DNA of 64,000 nt, taken from positions 17,055 to 81,054 of the forward strand of contig SIRW01000090.1 of assembly GCA_004366205.1 (NCBI GenBank), read 5' to 3'. The notes beneath the pieces were generated by a model, which ran no database searches, was not told the origin of the DNA, and worked only from the letters and a program-made list of their open reading frames with translations. Positions 46,016 to 56,025 of the stretch are shown one piece after another. Position 1 is the first letter of the stretch, and every line of letters starts with the position of its first letter. The position numbers and the translations under genes were made by a program. The DNA comes from Actinomycetota bacterium (GTDB lineage Bacteria > Actinomycetota > Acidimicrobiia > Acidimicrobiales > CADCSY01).

Positions 46016-46173
46016 GCGCTGTCCTCCCCGTCAACGTGTGCGGCTCGGCCGCGACGCTACGGGACCGGGCATCGGTCCGCACGGTTGCCAAGCACGGTCA
46101 GTGTTCCTCCGAGCTCGACGTCGTCATCGGCCACGACGTTGGACGCTGAGGGACTCAGGCAGCCGCCGTCGCC

Positions 46174-46380
46174 GGCCACCACCGCCACGAGCGCCTTCTC
46201 CGCCCGGCGGGGTCGAGCAGCCGGTTCGGGAAGTAGCTGCCCCGAAGCAGCTTCGGGATCACCAGCTCGATGCTGCCGACCCTCGTGTCTCACGCACCTC
46301 TCCCCGAGCAGATCGTTCTCATCGCCGTCGAGCAGCGAGAGCAGCCACGCCCGCGCGCCCACGTTGTTGCTGTCGTGCGC
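46174..46380 (-). mobile_element. IS256-family transposase remnant (deleted and frameshifted)
   Basis: Minus strand reads DTRVGSIELVIPKLLRGSYFP.RLLDP then RRAEKALVAVVA in another frame; upstream AWL..L.GDENDLL resembles an N-terminus. Confidence 0.7.
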
Positions 46381-46460
46381 CGGGTGCGCAGGGCCCACCG
46401 TCCTGCTGTTCTGGAGCGGGAGGTCGCCTTGCCGGTTGAGGCGCATGACGCGTCGGGCCG

Positions 46461-47873
46461 TCAGTCGTGGAGGCGGCCGTCGGCGGCGAGGAGCATGGCG
46501 ACGGCGTCGCCGAGGCGCAGGGGGCTGCCGTCCCAGCGGCAGGCGGCTGTGGTGTGGTCGATGCCGTCGGGCAAGGGGGGTGGTGGTGGGTCGCCGCGCT
46601 GGCCCGGTGGGGCGGGCCGGTCTGGCACTTCGGTGCCGCCGGGCCGGTAGAACCGCACGCCGTTGGGTGTGTGCCGGCAGTCGAAGCCGCCCTCGTGCAC
46701 CAGCGTGTGGTGGTAGGGGCACAACAGGATGAGGTTGCCCAGCGCCGTCGGGCCGCCTTTCGCCCAGTGGGTCACGTGGTGGGCGTGCAGCCGGTGGCGC
46801 TGGCCGCACCCGGGGTAGCGGCAGCGGCCCCGGTACCGCCGTTCGAGCGCCCGGCGCATGGGGTCGGGCACGGTCTGGGAGCGCCGGCCGATGTCGAGCG
46901 GCTCGCCCTGGTGCTCGAGCAGCAGCCGCACCGCCGAGTCGCAGGTGAGCCGGCGGGCGGTCTCGATGCTGAGCGCTGCGCCGTCGAGCAGGTAGGCGCC
47001 GTCGTCGGTGATCGTGCCGGCGAGGAGGTCCTTGAGGCTGATGTGGAGGATCACCTGGTGGTGGTCGGCCAGGCGCCGGCCGTCGTTGCGGGCGTCGAGC
47101 GACGTGCGGGCCAGCTCGGCGAGCGCTTCGGCCAGCGGGCAGTACGGCTCCTCGTGGTACGGCTCGGCCCCTCTCCGGCGCCGGGCCACACCGTGCTCCC
47201 CGTCGCCGGCGTCAGCGCCGTCCTCGTCGCCGGCCCGGTCGGCGAGGTCCCGGCGGGCGGCCTCCAGGGCCTTGAGGAGCACGGCGCCGTCGTCGCCGTC
47301 CATGCGGGCCCGCAGAACCAGGGCGCCGTCGCGGTCGTCGACGTGCCAGCGCACGTAGTGCTCGAGCCTGGGGCGGCTTCTGCTCCCGCTCCTGCTCGTC
47401 GAGGGTGAGGACCTTCTGGTAGGTGGCGCAGGTGGTCTCGAGCTGGGTGATCGTGCCGTAGCGGGCGAGGTGCAGCAGCTCGCCCTCGTTCTCGGGTGTG
47501 CCGACCCGGGCGATGGCGACCGCCGCGGACTCCGACAGCTCCCCCGCCCGCAGCGCCGCGGCGGTTCTGGGCAGCTTGGCGATGCGCTCGGCGACCCGCA
47601 CCACCCCCCGGGCCCGGGCGCTCGAGATCGACGCCTGCCACGACAGCCAGTGCGCTGCCGAGCGGATGCCGTGCCCCTCCCAGGCGCCCGGGTCGCGAGC
47701 ACCTCGGCCATGGCGTCGACGAGCTGGGCGAAGGCGGCGTTCAGCTGGCCCGCGGCCACCACCAACCGCCGCTCGCAGGCCAGCCGGGCCTGCTCCTCGG
47801 CGACGACCTCGGGGGAGGGCGGCACCGGCGTGTGGTACGCCTCCGCCCTCCGGTACGCCTCATCCACGAACAT
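46461..47873 (-). pseudogene. DUF222-HNH endonuclease (13E12-like) with two compensating frameshifts
   Basis: C-terminal RLTCD, CRYPGC, HAHHVTHW.GG.T..NL.LLC..HH..VH; the conserved middle (WEGHGIRSAAHWLSW..LPRT..ALRAGELS) lies in a different frame at about 47690-47370. Confidence 0.8.
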
Positions 47874-47936
47874 CGAGACGATGTATACCGAACAGGTGTA
47901 TTACTAGGCTACGGGAGCCCCCGGTGCTCTCGCTGT

Positions 47937-48029
47937 TCGTACCGGATCATCTATCGACTGGACGAACACGAACGCCAGGTGGTCGTGGTGAGAGTCGAGC
48001 ATCGAAGCGACGTGTACCGCCGTCGCTAA
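47937..48029 (+). pseudogene. RelE/ParE toxin 3' fragment
   Basis: YRIIYRLDEHERQVVVVRVEHRSDVYR-stop with no matching N-terminal half. Confidence 0.75.
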
Positions 48030-48050
48030 CGCCGCTGAGTACGAACGGGG

Positions 48051-48392
48051 CGCCCGCGCCTGGCGGGTCCCCGCCTCGGCCGTGCCTACCGGCGCGCGTA
48101 CGAAGCGGCGTTGCCGCTCGACGAGGCCCGGATCCGGCTGTGGCGCTCGGTGCAACTCCTGCACGGCTGGAGCCAGGCCGTCGCCCTGCACGCGGGGCTC
48201 TTCGCCCGCGAGGGGCCCGACGACCGGAACGAGCGCGTCCCGCCGGTGATGATCGGCGAGCTCCGGCGTTTCTTCGGCGAGTCCCTCGAGCGCGGCGGCC
48301 GACGAGCGCCGGTGGTCGACGTCAACGACCGGGCGGGTGCTGCGGCCGCCAGCCACCGGGCTCGGCGGGCCGGAACGGGCCCCGGGGCGTGA
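48051..48392 (+). pseudogene. 3' fragment of a probable phosphotransferase (APH-like) gene
   Basis: ..LGRAYRRAYEAALPLDEARIRLWRSVQLLHGW.. resembles APH C-terminal helices; in-frame stop at 48036. Confidence 0.45.
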
Positions 48393-48529
48393 AGGTCACG
48401 TCGAACAGCACCCCTCGGTCCTCGTCGAAGCCGAGGGCACCGAGCGGGCCGTGGCCCCGGTCGATCCACTCCAGGTGGCCCCGGGCGCGCCCGGTTCATC
48501 GCCAACGGGGCGGGCTACGGTGAGCCGCC

Positions 48530-49267
48530 GTGACGATCGACCACGAGGACGATCTCGCCGGCCTGCGGCGTGCCGGGCGAGCGGTCGCCGAGGCCCGCGA
48601 CGCCATGCTGGCTTCCGTCGCACCCGGCGTCGCGACCGGCGACCTCGATGCCGTCGGCCGCGATGTGCTCGCGCGGCACGGTGCCCGGCCGGCGCCGCCG
48701 ACCGTGGGCTTTCCGGCTGCGACCTGTGTCAGCGTCAACGAGGAGGTCGCACACGGGATCCCCTCACCCGGCCGGCGGCTGCGGGCCGGCGATCTCGTCA
48801 ACGTCGACGTATCGGCCCGCGTCGACGCGTACTGGGCCGACACGGGAGCGAGCGTCGCCGTCGGCACCGTCCCTGTGCGCGCCCGCCGCCTCCTCGACGC
48901 CACCCGTCTCGCCAACCGGGACGGCCTCGCCGCGGCGCGCGCCGGGCGTCCCGTCCGCCACATCGGCCGGGCGATCCAGCGCCGGGCGCGCCGTCACGGC
49001 TTCAGCGTCATCCGCAACCTGAGCGGGCACGGCACGGGTGGTGGGCTGTGGGAGGTGCCGAGCGTGCCCGGCTGGGAGGATCCCGACGACGGCACCGTGC
49101 TGTGGGAGGGCCTCGTCCTCGCCATCGAACCCTTCCTGTCGACGGGCGCGACGTGGGCCGAGGAGACCGGCGACGGCTGGACGCTGAGGACGCCGGGCCA
49201 CCTCAGCGCCCAGGTGGAGCACACCGTCGTCGTGACCCGGGGGGACCCTCTGGTGCTCACCGCCTGA
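48530..49267 (+). CDS. map: Type I methionine aminopeptidase
   Basis: CVSVNEEVAHGIP, NVD, ADT, GHG, AIEP and EHT motifs. Confidence 0.9.
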   Translation: MTIDHEDDLAGLRRAGRAVAEARDAMLASVAPGVATGDLDAVGRDVLARHGARPAPPTVGFPAATCVSVNEEVAHGIPSPGRRLRAGDLVNVDVSARVDAYWADTGASVAVGTVPVRARRLLDATRLANRDGLAAARAGRPVRHIGRAIQRRARRHGFSVIRNLSGHGTGGGLWEVPSVPGWEDPDDGTVLWEGLVLAIEPFLSTGATWAEETGDGWTLRTPGHLSAQVEHTVVVTRGDPLVLTA

Positions 49268-49353
49268 CGGGCAGAGCGGCCGGGCTCCAGCGGCTCGGCC
49301 CGAACGGCCTCGGCAACCCTCGGGCCGTGCTGATCACAGGCGGCCCGAAGACC

Positions 49354-50085
49354 TCACGCCACCGCGTCCACGATCAGGTACGCGCTGACACCCGTGATGG
49401 CCACCAGGTAGATCGACCGGAAGAACCGCTCGGAGAGCCGGTCGAGGGTCCAGCTACCGGCGGCCGTGCCGACTACGACACCGGCGATGCCGGCCAGCGC
49501 CGGCACGGCGTAGCGCGTGGGTGCCAGGCCGGCGGCGCCGTACAGCGCGATCTTGGCCAGGTGGCCGGCGACCTGGCCGGCGGCGAAGGTCCCGACGAAC
49601 GCCTGACGGGTCGCCGTCGCTGCCCGGAACAGCGGCGCCTGGAGGGGCCCCGTCGCCCCGACCACGACGTTCAGGGCGCCGACGACACCGCCCACGGCGA
49701 CCCATCCCGCCCGGCCCAGCCGAGGCACGGAACGCCCGAGCGCCTCGGGGATCCACGTGGCGGCGAGCACCGTCACGGCAATGGCGACCTGCAGCCCGGC
49801 GCCGGGCGCCCGGACCACCAACGGCATGGCCAGGGCGCCGGCGGGCAGCAGCAACACGCAGAACGGGATGACGACCGACCGGTCGACGTCCCGCCGCCGG
49901 ATCGCCGCCCGGGTGCCGTTCGACACGAGCTGGATGGCGGCGTGCAGGGGGATCGCCACGACGGGCTCGAGCCAGATCACGAGCACCGCGAGCAACACGA
50001 TGCCGCCACCGAAGCCCAGCACGGCGGTGAGCGCCGAGGTCACCAGAGCCGCGAGACCGACGAGCAGCACCACCGAAGCGTCCAT
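49354..50085 (-). CDS. TauE/SafE family sulfite exporter
   Basis: GFGGG motif, repeated GxxGP, about 8 TM helices. Confidence 0.85.
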   Translation of the reverse strand: MDASVVLLVGLAALVTSALTAVLGFGGGIVLLAVLVIWLEPVVAIPLHAAIQLVSNGTRAAIRRRDVDRSVVIPFCVLLLPAGALAMPLVVRAPGAGLQVAIAVTVLAATWIPEALGRSVPRLGRAGWVAVGGVVGALNVVVGATGPLQAPLFRAATATRQAFVGTFAAGQVAGHLAKIALYGAAGLAPTRYAVPALAGIAGVVVGTAAGSWTLDRLSERFFRSIYLVAITGVSAYLIVDAVA

Positions 50086-50086
50086 G

Positions 50087-50104
50087 CTTGTATGGTACTT
50101 GTAT
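50087..50104 (-). promoter_or_regulatory. Leaderless promoter with flanking direct repeats
   Basis: CTTGTAT x2 (11-bp period) flanking TACCAT -10, 6 nt before the tauE-like ATG. Confidence 0.5.
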
Positions 50105-50150
50105 CAGTAGAGAGTGGACGAGCGCCGCCGGTCGGCCTGACACTGACGAC

Positions 50151-50573
50151 ATGACCGAGATCCCGGACGACCCGGCCGCTCTGGTGGAGCTGATGCCGTT
50201 CGCCGCCGCGAGCGGCGTCGAGATCACCACCGCCGCTCCTGACGAGGTGGTGGGGCGGCTGTCGTGGGCGCCCGAGCGCTGCACCACCGCCGGCGTTCTC
50301 CACGGCGGCGTCCTCATGACGCTCGCCGACAGCCTCGGCGCGGTGTGCGCCTTCCTGAACCTGCCGGCCGGCGCGGTCACGTCGACGATCGAGTCCAAGA
50401 CCAACTTCCTGCGCGCCGTCAGGGACGGACACGTCGAGGGGCGGACGACGCCGTTGCACGTCGGACGCACGACCATCGTGCTCCAGACCGAGCTCCGCGA
50501 CGCCGAGGGCCGGCGCGTCGCCCACGTCGTACAGACCCAGGCGGTGACGGCGGCGCCCGTCAGCGCCCGGTGA
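50151..50573 (+). CDS. PaaI family thioesterase
   Basis: GVLHGG.LMTLAD, TIESKTNFLR and HVGRTT motifs. Confidence 0.9.
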   Translation: MTEIPDDPAALVELMPFAAASGVEITTAAPDEVVGRLSWAPERCTTAGVLHGGVLMTLADSLGAVCAFLNLPAGAVTSTIESKTNFLRAVRDGHVEGRTTPLHVGRTTIVLQTELRDAEGRRVAHVVQTQAVTAAPVSAR

Positions 50574-50639
50574 ACGTCGGGGGTCGCCATAGGGACGGGG
50601 GCGAACGCCCCGCCCAGGGGCACGTAGCCGGGTAGCTCC

Positions 50640-51080
50640 TCAGCGTCTGCGGCGGAGACGGTGGAGCGCGCCGCCGGGCGTCACCGAGAGGGCCTTGGTG
50701 AGGTGCACGATCGTGCCCGCTTCGGGCTCGGACGTGAAGGCCACATCGTCCATCACCGCCTGCATGATCGCCACGCCCCGTCCGCGCGCCGAGCGCTCGT
50801 CGGGCATCTCCCCGGACAGCGCCGCGGCGTCGAAGCCGTTGCCGGTGTTGACCACCCGGATCTCGCAGCGCTCGTCGTCGACCTCGAGCCGCACCTCGTA
50901 CTCGTCACCAGCGCCGGCGTGGACGATCACGTTGGTGCACGCCTCGCTCAGCGCCAGCCGGATGTCGTCGACGCAGTCCTCGGTGACCCCCAGCTTCTCG
51001 AGGGCGTCGCTCACGATCGACCGGATCAGGGTGACGGTCTCGGCCTCCTGCGGCAGACAGAGCCCGACCTCGATCTGCAC
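50640..51080 (-). CDS. RsbW/SpoIIAB-like anti-sigma ATP-binding protein
   Basis: LALSEACTNV..H, N.G.GF and GRG..IM..MD motifs. Confidence 0.88.
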   Translation of the reverse strand: MQIEVGLCLPQEAETVTLIRSIVSDALEKLGVTEDCVDDIRLALSEACTNVIVHAGAGDEYEVRLEVDDERCEIRVVNTGNGFDAAALSGEMPDERSARGRGVAIMQAVMDDVAFTSEPEAGTIVHLTKALSVTPGGALHRLRRRR

Positions 51081-51082
51081 GG

Positions 51083-51421
51083 CTAGGAGCCATCCGTGAT
51101 CGGGCGCCGGCCGCTCCGCAGCAGGGCACTCACCCGCTGGTGGGTCACGCCGAGCCAGCGGCCGATCTGACGGCGCGACTGGCCCTCGGCGGCGAGACCG
51201 CCCGCCACGACCTTGGCCAGGGTGCGCAGGGCGTCGGCCGCGCGCTTCACGCTTCTGCGACCGAGCTCGAACACGCTCGGAACCGGCTCACGCTCGAGGA
51301 TCTTCGCCCACGACCAGCCCGCCGCTCGGCGGCGCTTCATGACCCGGACCCGCCGCGCGACCTGGCGTTGGTCAACCGCCGCGGCCTCCGCGTGCTCGGC
51401 AACGTCGTCCAGCTCAGCCAC
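51083..51421 (-). CDS. Small helix-turn-helix protein
   Basis: G.SRRQIGRWLGVTHQRVSALL; AGGAGG RBS before GTG 51421. Confidence 0.75.
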   Translation of the reverse strand: MAELDDVAEHAEAAAVDQRQVARRVRVMKRRRAAGWSWAKILEREPVPSVFELGRRSVKRAADALRTLAKVVAGGLAAEGQSRRQIGRWLGVTHQRVSALLRSGRRPITDGS

Positions 51422-51559
51422 CGCTCCTCCTGTCCGGTCTGGCCGGTTGGTACCCGGCAACCGCCGTTGCCACACCAGACGAGGCCATGGGACGTGCTGC
51501 TCGGCGGCGTTCAGTTCGATCGGCGAGCGGTGGGCGCTCGCCAGCGATCCCCCGGGCGC

Positions 51560-54373
51560 TCAGCCGGCTCCCGGCCCCGCCGCCAGCTGCCGGAGCACGT
51601 GCCGCAGGATCCCGCCGTGACGGTAGTAGTCGGCCTCGCGGGGAGTGTCGATCCGCACCCGGGCCCGGAACTGCTTCGAGCCGGCGTGCACCGTGACCTC
51701 CGGCGGCGGGCGGTCCCGGCCCTCGAGACCCCGGATCGAGAGCTCCTCGTGGCCCGTGAGGCCGACGGACTCGGCCGACGCGCCGGGAGGGTACTCGAGC
51801 GGGAGCACCCCCATGCCGATGAGGTTGGAGCGGTGGATCCGCTCGAAGCTCTCCGCCAGGACCGCCCGGACCCCGAGCAGGGCGGTTCCCTTGGCCGCCC
51901 AGTCCCTCGACGATCCCGCCCCGTATTCCTTGCCGGCCAGCACGACGAGTGGGACGCCCTCGTCGCGGTACCGCATGGCGGCGTCGTAGATCGACATCTC
52001 GGCACCATCCGGCAGGTGGACGGTGACGCCGCCCTCGACGCCCTGCGCCAACCGGTTCCGCAGGCGCGGGTTGGCGAACGTGCCGCGGACCATCACCTCG
52101 TGGTTCCCGCGCCGTGAGCCGTAGGAGTTGAAGTCCTTCGGCGCGACACCATGGTCGATCAGCCACTGGCCAGCCGGGCTGTCCGGTCGGATGGCGCCTG
52201 CAGGTGAGATGTGGTCGGTCGTGACGCTGTCGCCGAGCGCGACCAGCACTCGCGCCCCGGTGATGTCGGTCAGGGGATCCGGGTGCCGGGCCATGCTGTC
52301 GAAGTAGGGCGGGTTGCGGACGTAGGTGGACCCGCCGTCCCACACGTAGCGGTCGCCGGTCGCGGCGGCGAGCGCCGCCCACTCCGCGCCGCCCTCGAAC
52401 ACCGATGCGTAGGCACCGGCGAACATTTCCGACCTGACGGCATCGTCGAGCACCGCGGCGATCTCCGACGCGCTCGGCCAGATGTCACGGAGGTAGACCG
52501 GTTCACCGTCGCTGCCGGTCCCGAGCGGTTCGCGATACAGGTCGATGTCCATGGTCCCGGCGAGGGCGTAGGCGACGACGAGTGGCGGTGAGGCGAGGTA
52601 GTTCATCCGCACGTCGCCGTTGATGCGGCCCTCGAAGTTCCGGTTGCCGGACAGCACCGACACCACGGCCAAGCCGTGCGCGTTGACCGCGTCGGAGATC
52701 GCGGCGGGTAGCGGTCCGGAGTTCCCGATGCAGGTGGTGCACCCGAAGGCCACGAGGTGGAACCCGAGCTGCTCGAGAAACGGGGTGAGGCCCGCCCGGT
52801 CGAAGTAGTCCATCACGACCTTCGACCCCGGCGCGAGCGACGTCTTCACCCAGGGCCGGCGGGTGAGCCCCCGCTCGACGGCGTTGCGGGCCAGCAGGCC
52901 GGCAGCGAGCATCACCGTGGGGTTGGACGTGTTGGTGCAGCTGGTTATGGCGGCGATCACGACGTGCCCGTGGTCGAGGGACACCTCGGTCCCATCGGGC
53001 AGCCGCACCGGCACCTCGACCCGGGGTCGCGGGCCGGCGGGCGCCGGCGAGGTCGGTTCGGGCTCCACCTCGTCCTTCGCGGGCTCCACCTCGTCCTTCG
53101 CGGGCTCCCACCGGTGGGGCTTGGGCGGGTCGCTCGCCGGGAACGACAGCACCGACAGCGCATCCGGAGAGCCCGGCTCGAGCTCGGGCAACGAGGACTG
53201 CAGGTCGATGGCGAATCGGGCCTTGGCCTGATCGAGGGGGATCCGGTCCTGGGGCCGCGCCGGCCCGGCGATGCTCGGCGCCACGGTCGAGAGGTCGAGC
53301 TCGAGGGTCTCGGAGAAGCGCGGCGTGGCCTCGGGATCGAACCACAGCCCCTGCTCCTTGGCGTACCGCTCCACGAGCGCGACGTGCGACGGCTCGCGGC
53401 CGGTGAAGCGCAGGTACCGCAACGTCTCGCCGTCGATCGGGAACATCGTCGCCGTCGACCCGTACTCCGGTGACATGTTCCCGATGGTCGCCCGGTTCTC
53501 GAGGGGCACGTGGGCCACGCCCGGGCCGTAGAACTCGACGAACTTGCCCACGACGCCATGGCGCCGCAGCATCTGGGTCACCGTCAGGACGAGGTCGGTG
53601 GCGGTGGCGCCCTCCGGTAGCTCGCCGGAGAGCCGGAAGCCGACCACGGCGGGCACCAGCATCGAGATCGGCTGGCCCAGCATCGCCGCCTCGGCCTCGA
53701 TGCCCCCCACCCCCCAACCCAGCACGCCCAGCCCGTTGACCATCGGCGTGTGGCTGTCGGTCCCGACGAGCGAGTCCGGGTACGCCCGGCCCGACTCGCC
53801 CTCGACGAACACCACCCGGGCGAGGTACTCGAGGTTCACCTGGTGGCAGATCCCCGTGCCGGGCGGCACCACCCGGAACCCCCGGAAGGCCTGCTGGCCC
53901 CACTTGAGGAACCGGTAGCGCTCGGCGTTGCGCTCCATCTCGATCGCCACGTTGTGAGCGAAGGCGTCCGCCGACGCGAAGGCGTCGACGCTCACCGAGT
54001 GGTCGATCACGAGGTCGGTGGGGATCGACGGGTTCACCGACGACGGGTCACCACCCAGCGCTTCGACCGCGTCCCGCATCGCCGCCAGGTCCACCACCGC
54101 CGGAACCCCGGTGAAGTCCTGCATGAGGATCCGCGCCGGCATGAACGCGATCTCCCGGTCCTCGCCCCCGCCACCAGGCCACGCCGCCAGCGCGGCGACG
54201 TCCTCGGCGGTGACCGTCGAGCCGTCCTCGTGGCGCAGGAGGTTCTCGAGCAGGACCTTCAGGCTGAACGGCAACCCCTCGGCGTCACCCCCGAGGGCGT
54301 CGAGCCGGAAGATCTCCAGCGGCCCGTCCTCGGTCGGGAGATCAGCACGAGCCCCGAAGCTGTTCGAGACCAT
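51560..54373 (-). CDS. acnA: Aconitate hydratase A
   Basis: [49 protein letters not shown] and SRDWAAK motifs. Confidence 0.97.
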   Translation of the reverse strand: MVSNSFGARADLPTEDGPLEIFRLDALGGDAEGLPFSLKVLLENLLRHEDGSTVTAEDVAALAAWPGGGGEDREIAFMPARILMQDFTGVPAVVDLAAMRDAVEALGGDPSSVNPSIPTDLVIDHSVSVDAFASADAFAHNVAIEMERNAERYRFLKWGQQAFRGFRVVPPGTGICHQVNLEYLARVVFVEGESGRAYPDSLVGTDSHTPMVNGLGVLGWGVGGIEAEAAMLGQPISMLVPAVVGFRLSGELPEGATATDLVLTVTQMLRRHGVVGKFVEFYGPGVAHVPLENRATIGNMSPEYGSTATMFPIDGETLRYLRFTGREPSHVALVERYAKEQGLWFDPEATPRFSETLELDLSTVAPSIAGPARPQDRIPLDQAKARFAIDLQSSLPELEPGSPDALSVLSFPASDPPKPHRWEPAKDEVEPAKDEVEPEPTSPAPAGPRPRVEVPVRLPDGTEVSLDHGHVVIAAITSCTNTSNPTVMLAAGLLARNAVERGLTRRPWVKTSLAPGSKVVMDYFDRAGLTPFLEQLGFHLVAFGCTTCIGNSGPLPAAISDAVNAHGLAVVSVLSGNRNFEGRINGDVRMNYLASPPLVVAYALAGTMDIDLYREPLGTGSDGEPVYLRDIWPSASEIAAVLDDAVRSEMFAGAYASVFEGGAEWAALAAATGDRYVWDGGSTYVRNPPYFDSMARHPDPLTDITGARVLVALGDSVTTDHISPAGAIRPDSPAGQWLIDHGVAPKDFNSYGSRRGNHEVMVRGTFANPRLRNRLAQGVEGGVTVHLPDGAEMSIYDAAMRYRDEGVPLVVLAGKEYGAGSSRDWAAKGTALLGVRAVLAESFERIHRSNLIGMGVLPLEYPPGASAESVGLTGHEELSIRGLEGRDRPPPEVTVHAGSKQFRARVRIDTPREADYYRHGGILRHVLRQLAAGPGAG
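53059..53108 (-). repeat. 21-bp in-frame tandem repeat in the AcnA linker (EPAKDEV x2+)
   Basis: cgggctccacctcgtccttcg x2 plus a partial third copy. Confidence 0.9.
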
Positions 54374-54378
54374 GCCCC

Positions 54379-54948
54379 ATGCTGCACCACGAGCCAACCC
54401 GATGTCTCCGGTCGTGGCGGATCCCGCCGACGCTGCGACGGTTCCTCGCCTCGGCGGCCCGCCTGCAGGAGGCCGTGCCCGACGCTGTCCTCGTGGGCGA
54501 GTCCGCGGCGGCGCTCCATGCCGGGCACCGGGACTCCTTCGACCACGATCACGTGCTGCCGGACCTGGTCGAGGCTTGGTGCAGGACTGGCAGCCGATCT
54601 TCGCCGGGATCCGCCGGTCACCCTGGGGGCCGGTCACTTGCCATCGAGCGGGCCCGGGCGGACGCCGAGCGCCGGGAGCGGGAGGAGGTCGCGGAGCGGG
54701 TACGCCAGGCCGTACGCCGGTCGGGCCTGAGCAAGGCCCGCTTCGCCGAGCAGGTCGGGACGAGCGCGTCCCGACTCAGCACCTACCTGAACGGGAAGGT
54801 GACACCGTCGGCCGCGATGCTGCTGCGCATCGAGCGGCTCAGCGTTCAGCCCGCAGCGTCAGCGGAGCCCGACCGTGAGCTGAACGCAGGGTCGAGGCTC
54901 CCCAACGACAAAGCCGGCGCTTCGCGTTGGAGTGGGGAGCGGCGCTGA
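54379..54948 (+). pseudogene. Collapsed relic of a nucleotidyltransferase-like gene fused to an XRE-HTH gene
   Basis: [33 protein letters not shown], then [12 protein letters not shown] in another frame, then the [26 protein letters not shown]. Confidence 0.6.
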
Positions 54949-55087
54949 GCTGGCTGCACTCTTCTTTGCCGCCCGCTTCTTGACGACACTCCCGGCGGAC
55001 CGCTTCTGGCGCTCTTCGTGGCACCGCGCCTTGCGGCCCCGGACGTGCCCGCCCCGCGAGCGCCACCCCTTGCCCTCTGGCGAAGAC

Positions 55088-55106
55088 TGATAGCATAATG
55101 CAATCA
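55088..55106 (+). promoter_or_regulatory. vapBC leaderless promoter and palindromic operator
   Basis: TGATAGCAT-A-ATGCAATCA inverted repeat containing CATAAT 6 nt before ATG. Confidence 0.7.
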
Positions 55107-55336
55107 TGCCGAACGTCCTCGTACGAGACCTCCCGGAAGACGTCCACGCCGCGCTCCAGAGGAGAGCCGAACAGCGCGGGCAGTCGCTGCAGCAGTACCT
55201 GTCATCGGAGCTGAAGCGACTTGCGGATCGGCCGAGCCTCGACGAGGTTCTCGATCGTATCGATCGGCGCCGTGGTGGCTCGGTCGGACTTCGACAGGCC
55301 GTCGCCGACCTCGGCGAGGAGCGCGAGCGCCGTTGA
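55106..55336 (+). CDS. vapB: FitA/VapB-like RHH antitoxin
   Basis: VLVRDLPEDVHAAL..RA..GQSLQQYL motif. Confidence 0.88.
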   Translation: MPNVLVRDLPEDVHAALQRRAEQRGQSLQQYLSSELKRLADRPSLDEVLDRIDRRRGGSVGLRQAVADLGEERERR

Positions 55337-55728
55337 TCGTCGTTGACGCCTCGGTGCTGGCGAACGTCGTCGCTGACGACGGCGCGGAGGGCCACCGAGC
55401 ACGCGCGGAGCTTCGACAGGCCGGCGATGTTGCCGCTCCCGACTTGGTCGACGTCGAGACAGTCGCCGTCCTGCGGAAGCGATGGCTAGCGAAGACGATT
55501 TCGGCTCGACGCTTCGCCTCCGCCGTTGACGATCTGGAGGCTCTGCCCATCGACCGGTATCCCACGCTTCCGTTCATGCGACGCGCATACGAGCTCCGTG
55601 ACAACGTCACCGCCTACGACGCCTCCTACATCGCCCTCGCAGAGACCCTCGGGTGCGAGCTACTGACGGGCGACGCTCGGCTTGCCAAGGCTCCGGGAGC
55701 GCGGTGCGCCATCCGGCTGCTGACCTGA
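55333..55728 (+). CDS. vapC: VapC PIN-domain toxin
   Basis: VVDAS, E, YDASYIALAE and LLTGD; 4-nt overlap with the antitoxin. Confidence 0.92.
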   Translation: MIVVDASVLANVVADDGAEGHRARAELRQAGDVAAPDLVDVETVAVLRKRWLAKTISARRFASAVDDLEALPIDRYPTLPFMRRAYELRDNVTAYDASYIALAETLGCELLTGDARLAKAPGARCAIRLLT

Positions 55729-55920
55729 CCACGCTGGATCGTGTCGTGCTTCTGGCCCGTCTCTCGGCGCAACCCCGCGCACCGTCCGAGCGGCCCGCTC
55801 TTAGAACTCCGGGCTGTACCGGCGATGCGTCGGTGCCGTCATCCATGCTGTCCGGAAGGCCACCACCCGGCCGGACGACGAGGCCTCCGAGCCGAGCGAC
55901 GGGGGTCAGGAGTGACCGTC

Positions 55921-55963
55921 CGTGCCCGTCCGTGCCCGTTCGATCGGGCACGGATTGGGCACG
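55921..55963. repeat. Four CGTGCCC heptamers (2 direct + 2 inverted), possible integrase arm sites
   Basis: CGTGCCC at 55921 and 55931; GGGCACG at 55946 and 55957. Confidence 0.55.
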
Positions 55964-55989
55964 CGGCGCCTTGTCGAGACCACCAACGA

Positions 55990-56020
55990 CAAAACCGCAG
56001 GCCTGTGACCTGCGGTTTTG
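55990..56020 (-). terminator. Hairpin downstream of tRNA-Glu
   Basis: CAAAACCGCAGG-cctgtga-CCTGCGGTTTTG, perfect 12-bp stem. Confidence 0.75.
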
Positions 56021-56025
56021 GGGAG

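Noticed and set aside
54949-55087. Lys-rich reading (KKRAAKKSAA) on the minus strand
   Set aside because: No start or recognisable family; may be island debris but cannot be supported
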